A program made the translations under genes and the position numbers. 64,000 nucleotides of DNA from Priapulus caudatus (Eukaryota), in assembly GCF_000485595.1 (NCBI RefSeq), contig NW_014577086.1, positions 715,438-779,437 on the forward strand. Reading direction: 5' to 3'. The notes under the pieces are model-generated. The model did not search any database and was not told the DNA's origin. It saw only the letters and a list, made by a program, of their open reading frames with translations. Positions within the stretch are counted from its first letter, which is position 1. Every line of letters starts with the position of its first letter. Below, in pieces: positions 52,621 through 64,000 of this stretch.

Positions 52621-53478
52621 TGTGACTGTGCACCCTGTGACGAAACGATGAACATTTTAGTCAAATATTTCCGTATAAAGCGTGCAAATGTTCACAGGGT
52701 GGGTGGTATACTGTGGCGGTCGTATAGTGTCGTAATGTGGGGTGTCAATGTAACAAAGCATCGCCGAGAAGTCGACGGCGGTCGAGAGAGACTGAACAAT
52801 GTGTCACGTGACTGGGATGGGTTCTGTGTCATGTGTTCTGAGTTTGTCTGTGTGTTATAGAGATTGAGGCAAGGTATATGTCAGAGCGACTGCATGAAAG
52901 GTAGAGTGGCGGTTGCAGTAGGGGTTGCAGCTATAGCTTTGCATGAGAAAAAGTTTCTCGCCGGGGTCGTGCGTAGGGCAGGCACGGCGTAGCACGCCGC
53001 GAGGTTTGTTTTCGATACGCGATTGGTTTCGCCTATGCGCAACTGCAGAGACTCCAACTCTCCCGTTTTGGGGCCATTTTCCAAGAATCTCCCGTTCTCC
53101 CGCTTAAGCTCCATTTTCTGTCGCTTTAGTTTTGTTTTCTCCCGTCCAAATAAAAAAAGTGTAATATCTATTTTAAAAAAGTAATAATTTGATCGCAAGT
53201 CGATCGCCGAAAACCGCTACACTAGCTGAGATGTGGGCGGTTTTATACGCGTTGTACCGTAGGACCACCGTACCGTAAAAAAGCACCACGCACAGATGAG
53301 ATCTGACGCATTTCTACACAATTGGCCACAGGCTATGTGAAATAATTGCGACGGCAGGACCATGGTCCGGCCGGCGGATTATAACAGCAGAATGAAAAAT
53401 ACGATAACTAATAATAAAAATGTCATGGTTGCTGCGATTTCCCGAAGGCAAAGAAATAATATCAAAAAGCGAAATGCA

Positions 53479-53565
<87 letters not shown>

Positions 53566-55216
53566 TGCGCGCGGCGCGTGAATGTATGAAAAGGCGACAC
53601 GTATACTCGCCGTCCTCTCCTGCGAGCGGCGGGTGTATAGATTAACGTTCGCACTGCATAGTGGGAGACCGCAGCTTTGGACGTGTGATGGATAGGTCAG
53701 CACTGACGCACGGTCGGCCATCCGGATGTCACGTCCGCGTTATATTACAGCTTGCGGCGACTACTAGCTGATTACATTTTGCAGTCTCCTTCCTCCCACT
53801 CCGTCATATAGACGCGCGTGAGTGCTCGCGGCAACATGCGCCCCCCGCGGCGAAGCCAGGAGCAGCAACCTCCTCCGTGGCGACCTCCGCCTCCGTCTCG
53901 ATCGTCTGCTCTCTCCTATAAGCTTGTTGCGTCCGAGTTGTTGCGCTTGTGCCGCAGCTAGCACAGAGCGCCGAGCGTCGCGCCGCAAATAGCACGGGGA
54001 GTATCCAGTGTCATAACAATCGACGTCTGAGGCCGGCTCCGACAACAAACAGCGTTGACACGTACGCGAACAGCGCTTCTTATGATAACTCGCTGAGGTG
54101 AGGTGACGCCGCACCGGTCATCGTCGAACGCACAGCCACTCGTCCCCGCTTATCTCCACGCTCTTCCGCTGCAAGCAACCGCAGCACTATATTTGCCATT
54201 GCCGCAGTAGGTTAATACGTCAGAACGCGACACCATGCATACCAGCCGTACATACACTAAACACGTGCGAATTATTGCCAGCTCGAAGACCGTGTATGGT
54301 GCGCGAACTGCTTCGTCACCTTGCGCAGTGAGTGACAGTAATTTGTCGCAGCGCGGGAAGCGTTGGTTATATGTAGCGGTTAACGGTGAAAACGCCTATA
54401 CTCTAATGGGAATTACCGCTGCTTAGGTGCGATAAAAAAAACCTTCGTTGTCGGTTGTAGAAAAGAATCCGCTGCATTAGCGGCTTTGTGATCCAGCACG
54501 AGTGTTGCTTTAGATACGCGATGGTCATTTCAGAGATAAGCTCGTGGTATAGTACAGTACACTGGCTCTAATATTCATCGAGAAGAGGGTCATCAATACT
54601 GGTGAGGAGGTAACGCTCTCCCTATCTATCTGTTTGTCTGTCGGTCTGTTTATACGTGTGCCCACCTGTCAGTCTGTACCTCTGTCCGGCTGTAAGTTTG
54701 TCTCTCTCTCTGTGCTCCCTCCATCTGTCTGTCTGTCTGTGTGTCTGTCTGTCTCTCTGCATGCCTGCCTGTGTGTCTGTCTGTCTGTCTGTCCGTTCAT
54801 TCGTCCGTTCGTCCGTTTGTCTGTCTGTCTATCTGTATGTACGTTTGTCTGTCTGCCTGTCTATCTATATGTACGCCTGTCTATCTGTCTGTGTAGCTGG
54901 CTGCCTGCCTGCCTGCTATTCTGCTTGTCTGTCGCTGATAGAGTGTTCATGCATTCGTTTTCAACCTAGCTAGTCAACCGCGTTTCGTGTAATCGGAGGA
55001 CTTTGACTGTAAACGTTTACGGCTGCCACGTTCCACGTCCACGTCGTGTTCTCGCAGAATTCGGCTGGCACTTGCGCAACCGCTTTTCAGGCTTCCTCTT
55101 GCATTCTTGTCAAATATTCTCTCCTGTATTTTCTGATGCCGTGGTTTAGCCCGCGCGTGATAACCAAGCGTATTCAAGTAAGCGTATAAGCGTTGGCAGG
55201 CGGTCAAAGATAATAT

Positions 55217-55342
55217 CGGGAGTGAATAACGACAGATATTGATTACAGGCAGATACGTCATTATTCGCCCCTGATAATGTCAGGAGTGAATAATAATAGA
55301 GTCAGGAGTGAATAATAATAGATCTATCATTATTCACTCCTG
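55217..55342. mobile_element. Two tandem palindromic mini-elements sharing a 7-bp direct repeat
   Basis: ATAATAT [55217-55273] ATAATGT [55281-55342] ATAATAT, with arms of C(A/G)GG(A/G)G(T/C)GAATAA. Confidence 0.75.
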
Positions 55343-57249
55343 ATAATATTAGGCCGTTCGACGTTCGCCTACGCGGCAACCGTCATGGCGGCGGTCACCT
55401 TGTACGAGCAGCAGCAGCAGTAACAGCGGTCCGTGTTGCTCATCTCGCTCCGTGTTATGCTTGAACGACGCGGTGGGCGCCGCGAGTAAAGTGTTTAAGT
55501 GTGCCGGAATAGCGATTTGCGGCGCGGCACACGCCTGCACGCATGGCGGCCCCATGCCGCCCGCTTGCGTAAGCCGCATCTCAGCTGACAGATGCAACAT
55601 ATATCTCATTGTGCGTAGCAGCAGCGCGGCGCGCGTCGAGAGAAGGAGGAGGAAGAGGAGGAGGAGGATGGGGAAGAAGAGGCTGCGCGTGGTTTCGGTT
55701 TTCACGCAGCGGCTGATGTATATTAGCGCTGTTTTTCGATCGTGGGTGTGTATGTACATCGATCACTCGCTCTAGCCGGTTTCAGGCTGGCAATAGTTTG
55801 TGACCTTGCGTTGGTGTGTGGTGATGTGGGTGGGCGGGCGCATGCGTGTGTGTGTATGTATGAGCATGTACGTCCGTGTGGCTGTGCGCGTGCGTGTGGC
55901 TGTGCGCGTACGTGTGGCTGTGCGCGTGCGTGTGTCTGTGCGCGTACGTGTGGCTGTGCGCGCGTGTGTGTGCGTGCGCGCGTGTGTGTAGGTTGATGGA
56001 ATTGGGGAGGGGGGTCTACATTGTGGAATCGCAACGGTCCGCAGTACACATGGCATCGCTCACCCAGCGCACGCCTAAACCTTCATTTTTTAAAACGTCG
56101 TTAGTTGCTAACAAATGCCAAAAGCATATATAGATGTATATATTACAGCCCGTCTGTTACCGGTGCACAGATGACGTCTACATACACCCACGCTGCGTAC
56201 GGGGAAGGCAATTAGTGAAATCCACTGCGGCAGGAACGCGCTGTTAGAACGATGCTAATGTTAGGAACAACTTCCCTATCATTATGATACGAGAATAGCA
56301 CTAACGTTGTCAGGAAGATATAAGAAATTGTAGCATTTTAGTAATTAAGTAAAATCTAATTAAGTAGATAATCAATTAAAGAGTTAAATAAGTAAATAAT
56401 ATGTAATAAGTTATCTTAAGTAATTGAACGTGAAATATGTGCTTGTTGTTATAATGTCGCTAATTGGGTGGACAACGATTGATGTCCGTGCTGAATGTGC
56501 GTGGAGGCCCCCGCATTCCTGGGATTATGAATATCCGTGCTCTAAGTCTACTATAATTATGTGGGATCATTATTTCTATACTTAGAGTTATCCGCGCAGG
56601 TTTCCCGCGAGTGACTTGTGATGTTATTACAATAACGGACGCGCTCTTCACATGCACCTGTTTGAGGGAAAAGACCCGACGCATGACAATCATGGTTGAC
56701 TCGTTTCCAAACAAAATTAAACAATACACTGCCGGGCATTTTTTGTAATTTGTTCCAATCCAAAAAACTGATATACCCATATGGTTATTTCGTTTCTTTC
56801 ATTAACGTCTTCAAGACATATTTCAACGATATACGTGCGTTTCAATTATTTAATTATCGGATTATCATCCACCCCGAGCGTTAGTGAGGCGTGTGACAGT
56901 GAATGTTTAGTCTCTATTGAATTATAAATACGTATATCATGGATGTTGTAGGATGGTTTGCACCTACGATTCCTTATCAGGTCGATGGAATGAAAATATC
57001 AGAATTGATAGATAAAGAGTGCGATTGATGTTTGCATACTGACATTTATTCTAATAATAACAAAAATTGTAAACCCGTTTTGTGAGAGAGAGAGAGAGAG
57101 GGGGGAGTAAATCTGTGCGCGTGTGTGTAATAGAGAGAGAGAGTGTGTGTATTTGCGTTTATTTGTGTGCTTGTGTGTGTGCTTGCGTGAGTTTGCGTGT
57201 TCGCATGTGTGTGGAGAGATGCGTGCACGGGCGTGTTTGTGAGAAAGGA

Positions 57250-57285
<36 letters not shown>

Positions 57286-59028
57286 AGAGAGAGATGAGAG
57301 AAAGCAAGGCAAAGAGAACGCACAAAAATATCACTGAAGGGAAAATAAATCGTTATAGTAAGTCGTACGCACCCATGTGTTGTGATGTTGTGATCGTACA
57401 TGTGATCGACTGCTTCGTCGACAGTTCATATATTGCTGTTGGTCACGTCTTGTATTCGTGTCGAATTTTGAAACAGTGCTGTAGCGAGAAACACCCTACG
57501 TGGTCCCATCTATCAATCGCTATAATTGCATTGCTAGGGAGAGCCTAATTACAGTTACTTGGCAACACGCATTTTTTATTGTTGTGCTCCCTTGCCGTTC
57601 GCCGCAGGCACAGTATAATTGATTGCGAGGACAGTAAACACTTATCCGAGCAGGCCGACGCACGTATCTGCTCTCATGATATTAGAAATATAATGAAAAA
57701 GGTTGTAAAAGCTAGGATCCGCTTTTATTCGCGGCACACACTTGGTATAGAAGCGTGACTAACGCAACGGAAAAAAACGTGCATCCTAAAAGCTCGGGAG
57801 ATTCTACGCGTAAATTGCGGATCCATTATGCGAGTTTTAAAGAAAAACTTGCCGTTGCAATCATCGTAAGCCCACGAAAGGATATTTCAGGTACGCTAAC
57901 CCGGGATGTGCTTAACGTTAACGTGCGCTACCAGGGGGCGTCCGGCGCGTCGCACCGGTTGGACAAAGGTCAACGGACAAGGCCAAAGTGCACGAAATAC
58001 ATCAACCAGAAATTAGTACCTATTACGTTTACGTTACGCATACCTATTATTATACTTATTATTATACGCATACTATATTATCCTCCTATTATGTTTTCTA
58101 ACATGTATTATTTTAGTAAATGAGTGACTCTTAACACGTGTACCAATGTGTACATGAATTAAAGAATTTAGATAGATTACACGAATTAATTACATCTTAC
58201 TTGAATTAGTCTTTATCTCTTAGTCTTAGTCTTTTATCTCTTATTTATGTACTTCTGATGCGGTTCAGTCTGTGTATATGTGTTTGCGCGCGTTCTAAAC
58301 CTTTTCGTCACGACGCCAACGTAATGTGGAATAGGGTTAGGGTAATCTAGTAAAGCGGCTGATCAATATTCGTACGATCTGGGAAAGAAATCTTTGGCAA
58401 TTTGGAAAGAAAAAAAAAAAAATGATAGATCAACCTAACTCAATCCTGTCTATCTTCCCTCTGTCTCACCCCTATGTATCGTCACTTATGTATCTATCAC
58501 TCGCATTTTCCGTTTCTCCTTCCCCTCCTACTCCCCCTCTCTCTTTCATACACGTCATTTCTTTCTTGCTCTATCTCGCCCTCCCGCTCTCGTTCTATTT
58601 CCTTCTCACGTTTCTTTCTCCATCTCTCGCTTGCGCCGTCTCTCTTTCACTATCTATATATATATAGTTTTATTTATTTATATTTTTATATATGTCGTAT
58701 GCCATATATACCCTGTATGAGCATTTCCCTGTATTTCCTATCGACGACGATCGAAGCTGGGGCATGGGGGAGGTTAATGGCAGAGGGGAGGTCTGTGTGT
58801 GTCCGTGCATCGCTGACATGTACTTCCCGCTGGCGCACTTTATCTATGTTGTTTCTGCGTAGTGAACCATTCAGAACCAGCGGAAGGTAAATAAAGGCAA
58901 GGTGTGTCATATCTCAAATCCAGAGAGAGAGAACGAATTATCGAGACATTGGGGAGGGGTGGGCAAGGGAGGAATAAACGAAAGGAAGAATAAAAGAAAG
59001 CGGAGAGGGGCTCGGGAAATAAATAAAT

Positions 59029-59029
<1 letters not shown>

Positions 59030-59087
<58 letters not shown>

Positions 59088-59100
59088 TATAGATAGATAA

Positions 59101-59175
<75 letters not shown>

Positions 59176-59198
59176 GATAGATAGATGGACAGACAGAC

Positions 59199-59288
<90 letters not shown>

Positions 59289-59290
59289 AT
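59030..59290. repeat. (GATA)n microsatellite
   Basis: Direct reading. Confidence 0.98.
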
Positions 59291-61903
59291 ATATACAAAT
59301 CGATAACGAGAGATGTAGGGAGTAAGATGTGAGATTGGTAGAGATGAGAGATCCTGACAGATTGGGGGGATGCTACGATGAAAGTTGCTATATATTTATG
59401 CTGTAGTTGCTATATATTTAGAATATTATATTGGGAGAGAGGGGGCAAGAGAGAGGAGACAGGGGGAGAAAGAGGGTGACAGAGAGAAAGAAAAAGAGCG
59501 AGTGCAAAGAGTTGCTGAGAGCTAGACCGAGCCTAAAGGAGAGAGATAGAAAGCGAGGGAAAGACGAGCAAAAGAGACCAGGCGAAGAAGCTAGTTAGAG
59601 ATGAAACGAAAAAGGGGGAAAGAAAGAGAGGGGTGGAGCTGCGGAGAGCTAGTGAGAGCATACACAAACCAATATTATCGTTAGGATTTCATGCCCGCTG
59701 TGCTGGCTTAGGTTTCACACAGCTGTCCCGCCGGCGTTGCACAATGGCGCCGACTGAGCGTGCGCAGTATGCAGCCACTAAGCTACTTCCTCTTAAGCCG
59801 AGCAGCAAAAACAGTTTGTTGATGACGGACGTTGTTTACGCCTCTCTCAGCGTGCGGCTGACAACCAGAAGCGTCATGCGCGGGGGGGGGAGGGGGGCAT
59901 GTATATGTTTAACCGAGTGACCAGCTTGTCCGCCAGAAACAGGAAGTTGTTGTGTATTGACGATTATGAATTGGCGAAAGCGTGCGCTGTGGTAGCGTCT
60001 GTTGATGCATTCTCCTGATCCATGGAGCTGCGGTTCTGTCGCCAACGGCGTTTCTTGCATGCGAGTCCGTTGAGAGAACCGCGTGGATAAAAAGCAATCG
60101 GCGGTGAATATTGGAAGTGCTTCGGGGCCGACGATGGTTGGATAATCCATGGCTCACGGATGCGGTGATGAATGGACGCGCGTCCGCTTCTATCGGCAGG
60201 TGGTAATTGATTTGCCTGATGTGACACAGGCGGGATAAAGAGATAATTAACATGCATGCAACGAAAAGCCGTAAAACCAAACGTGGGGCGTCAGCAGCGC
60301 TCTTCCCGGCCGGCCATATAATCAAAACAATTTTGTATGGCGTCCATGCAATAAGTATATAGGCCGGTATAAACGGCGAAACGGAACACCACTCGACAGA
60401 CGCAACGCTCACAACGCCGTCTGCGTATGTGTACGCCAAGATGCCTAGGCCTGCTGCGGACGAGACATGACTTGGTACCTCTAGCCCGCACGGCCGTTAT
60501 CACTGGTAGTTTTCCACGCAACGTGCAGATAAGCGTAAATGTGTGTAAAACTGCGCACGCGTGCGATGGTTTCTGCTACTTCTCGCAGCCCGCGGTATAT
60601 TGATCTGATGCGATCACGGACATGTATCGATTAGTTTCAGTCCGCTCAATAATAGTGGCTTACCAGTGTTAACCTATCGGCAGCAATATAAAGTGCAGTG
60701 AAATTCGCTAGAGAGAGTCATTTTCATTTGACGCTTGCACGGCCTTGCATGATCAGATGGCTGTGTAATTAGAAAGCCACGCTTAGACTAGAGCCTCATC
60801 AGCAAGCGAAAACGGCGCACTATAACTAGCTTATTGTGGATTATGTTGGATTTGAGAACGGGAAAAACGTGCGCACTATTGCGTGTGATAGTGTCTAAAC
60901 CGAAAATTGGCTAAAAACGTTATATTTTTTTAAGAATCACGTTAGGCTGAACTATAACGATGTGCTATTTTCACCATAGCGATGTTGCTACAATTGCTTG
61001 ATTTAACCTAGCCTTGGCCTGGTTGTAATTCTGGCATCATTGTGCACTCAAACGCAAGCATCGCCCAAGCTCCTGTCAAACATGGCCGCCTAGCTGAACC
61101 CCACGCTCTACCTACACGCACGCCCGTAGGAACGGGGGGGGGGAGGGGGGCGCCTGCCCCCAATAATTTTCAGAAAATTAGCCAGCAACAAATGCTGACA
61201 GTGAACGTTCTTTTAGCAGCTTGAAGCGAATAAAGTCTTATCTGAGGTTCCCTCTATGGGGCAAAAACGTCTCAACAGCATAATGACCATGCATGTGCAC
61301 AAAGAAGTAACAGATTCTGACAGATATAGGGAACGAATTTGTCACAGATTGCGATCATAGGATTTTTATTTTCGTAAAATATTCGGACAAGTCGACAAAA
61401 TCTTCAATACATTCCACCGCCACACAAACCGAAGAGACATATCTATTCTTGGACATAATGTGTTGCTCATCACATACATTAAGTACATGTATATAACAGT
61501 TTGTTACATAATGCACATATCATTTATGCACGTTTCATTCTTTTCTCCCAGCATGCATGTATAATGTAACATTTGCAATGCCAAATTCACGAGAAAGCAT
61601 CATTTCAATATTAAAAATTAAAATGTTTTCCAGACCATCCCCCCATCTCGGCGCGACGCGCCTCGCATTCTCGCAAGCACACAAGCGCGTCTATAACCCA
61701 TTGCACCCCCCCCCCTATGTCATATACCTTCCTACGAGCCTGCCTACTCGCAGACGCACAGACGCACAGACGCACAGACGCACAGACGCACAGACGCACA
61801 GACGCAAACACGCGCGCACAGATTATGCACGCAGACGCACGCACGTATGCGCGCGCACGCTCACACACACACACACTGTGCGTGTGCGTGCGTGTGTGCG
61901 TTC

Positions 61904-61947
<44 letters not shown>

Positions 61948-62265
61948 TTTACGCTGCGTCCTATCTATGCGTTATATTATAGGCTAGGACAGCCCATGCC
62001 GAACATGATCACGACGATGTGGTTATCACGCAATAATATACATGAACATTTCGTCAACATGTCGTCTTTCTATGTTGTTCCCTACGACTCGCGATTGCAC
62101 GGCGTCTGATAATCATCCGAGCCGCCTCCACTACTACTCGTCGGTTTTCCTAATTGAGCGCTCCGGAAGCTTGGATTCAGCTGTCGCGGCATCCATCTGG
62201 TCTTTCGAAATACCCAACTAAGCATACCAATACTTCTATAGTGTGTGCGGTATAATGTTTAAGCC

Positions 62266-62328
62266 AGCATTAGGCATTAGGCATTAGGCATTAGGCATTA
62301 AACATTAGGCATTAGACATTAGGCATTA
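62266..62328. repeat. (CATTAGG)n heptamer repeat
   Basis: Direct reading. Confidence 0.9.
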
Positions 62329-62460
62329 GTGCATTGCGAAGTTTCCACAGACGACACGAAAACAGCACAGACTAAACGTGAAATTTTGAGAATTCGTAGA
62401 GGGAGAGAGGTGGAGAGAAGAGCGAGAGGTAGAGAGAGCTGACGAAGAGCGACAGAGAGA

Positions 62461-62522
<62 letters not shown>

Positions 62523-62695
62523 GAAAAAGAGAGAAGCAGAGAAAATGGGAAGCGGGAGAGATAAGAGCGAGAGGTAGAGAGAGAGAAAGAGAGAGCGCGG
62601 TGCCTGTGGGTGCCTTGTCTCCTGACATATAATACGAGAGTTGGAGCGATTGGACTGGAACGCGTGAATAGAATGTTGCTGCTACTATTGCTAAT

Positions 62696-62901
62696 AGGGT
62701 CTATGTCCCCCAGGGTACTGCCGGAACGTACCCTGGGTACGGTCCGGTATACCGGAACGTACTCTGGTCACTATTTGATATGGTTAGGGTTAGGATTAGG
62801 GTTAGGGTTAGGGTTAGGATTAGGGTTAGGGTTCGGGTTCGGGTTAGGGAGTAGGGGTACCCAGGGTACGTTCCTGCAGTACCCCGGGGGACATAGACCC
62901 T
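62696..62901. mobile_element. MITE with roughly 45-bp TIRs enclosing (TTAGGG)n
   Basis: AGGGTCTATGTCCCCCAGGGTACTGCCGGAACGTACCCTGGGTAC is inverted at 62856-62901. Telomere-like tract at 62782-62849. Confidence 0.85.
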
Positions 62902-63438
62902 CTCAGCGCTACTATGCGATATATTACCATTATATGCTACCGAGAGTCCATAATAGAATATGGACCATAAATAATCCATTTTCTATTATTATATTATAGA
63001 CTCTTGATGCTACCTGCCAGTTTTTGCTCTCTAGTTGCCATAGGATACGTTGATGCTGTTCTATTATGAAAATTGTCAAAGGCATATTGTGGTCGATGAT
63101 TTGATCCAGATAATACTCGGTGTCAGATATGCAGAAACTATATACCCGACGTGGAAGAGAATGATGATATTGTACACAAGGATATTGTATTCTTTGTCTA
63201 CCCAATGAAAAGTGTATCTTGAAAGCGTTTATTGTCATATGACCTTCCCCTTCCACACACAAAATGAGTTGTACGCGCACATACACACCCGTGCGCACAC
63301 GCGCGCGCGCGAGCGCTCCCACGCATCCATACGCAGTTTTTTCTTACTGTACCAATTCAAACGGGATTCATTGAAAAATTACGAACTGCGGTTGTATATT
63401 GAGTGGATTGACGTCTTACGTCACACATGTGCGCACCA

Positions 63439-63575
63439 ATTTAGCGTAGTGCTAAATATAAGATTAGCATACAATGCTTGTACGTACGTAATTAAGGTTC
63501 AAGCCTTCCATTTAGCGTAGTGCTAAATATACTATTAGCATACAATGCCTGTACGTACGTAAGGTTCAAGCCTTT
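63439..63575. repeat. Tandem duplication of about 70 bp
   Basis: ATTTAGCGTAGTGCTAAATATA...AAGGTTCAAGCCTT occurs twice. Confidence 0.9.
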
Positions 63576-63943
63576 AATTTGTGATTTTACTAATGATTAT
63601 CATCAGCCTTCTACTAACCTTTTAAATTCTAACGAGATCTGTTTGCCGGCGCTGTTTTTACATTTTATGAAGAATTTATCTCATTATTCTCAACAGTTAA
63701 CCGCAACGAAATGAATCGCTACAGATTTTCATTTCTAAACTAGATAATAATAGACAATGTTATGAAAGCACGCTTAGCCCTAGATTAGACATCTTCGGTT
63801 TCACTCTATATATGACAAGCGTTTGCTTACACAGTAAATCATAATCTCCTATGTGCGTAGACCCAGAAGTTTCACCGTGCATGCAGTACCTTATAGAACA
63901 CGTAACCATGAGGGGCAGTATCGTTAGATGTAGTTTCAACATT

Positions 63944-64000
63944 AAAACTCCTATGATGCGCACAACACATACAACAATATTTGTCATAGGAAAAATCTTC
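63944..64000 (-). mobile_element. Partial third copy of the 1673-2031 MITE, inverted, running off the window
   Basis: Reverse complement matches CCTATGACAA.TATTGTTGTATGTGTTGTGCGCATCATAGGAGTTT of copy 1. Confidence 0.85.

Noticed and set aside
53046..53200. hAT-like terminus CAGAGACTCCAACTCTCCCG
   Set aside because: No partner TIR or TSD was found, so it cannot be delimited.
55349..55775. GC-rich ORFs on both strands
   Set aside because: No recognisable domain or convincing splice boundaries; the Leu and Arg runs come from triplet repeats.

Overview
This is eukaryotic, repeat-rich DNA that looks intronic or intergenic. It is probably from an invertebrate animal (GT-AG exons, RTE and R4-type LINE relics, Harbinger, Helitron and hAT-like relics, TTAGGG tracts), but the species cannot be identified. 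It has three N gaps and several stretches that look like noisy single-read consensus. Almost all listed ORFs are microsatellite or low-complexity artefacts. The only convincing host-gene signal is a 111-nt phase 1-1 exon (47314-47424, +) encoding a complete LDL-receptor class A module, which the ORF track misses; a possible signal-peptide exon lies at 20612-20709. The rest is a record of mobile DNA: an RTE 3' fragment with a 10-bp target-site duplication (TSD); an R4/Dong fragment beside a TAA repeat; an intron-containing Harbinger transposase head-to-head with a Myb/SANT-like relic; several CAGGG-ended elements with 5-bp TSDs; a Helitron with a visible empty site and a tRNA-like cassette; a MITE carrying telomere repeats; a MITE with a 6-bp TSD; and a recurring class of 35-62 bp palindromic insertions with short direct repeats. 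No prokaryotic genes, CRISPR array, rRNA or intact tRNA were found, and no clearly novel protein-coding system is evident.
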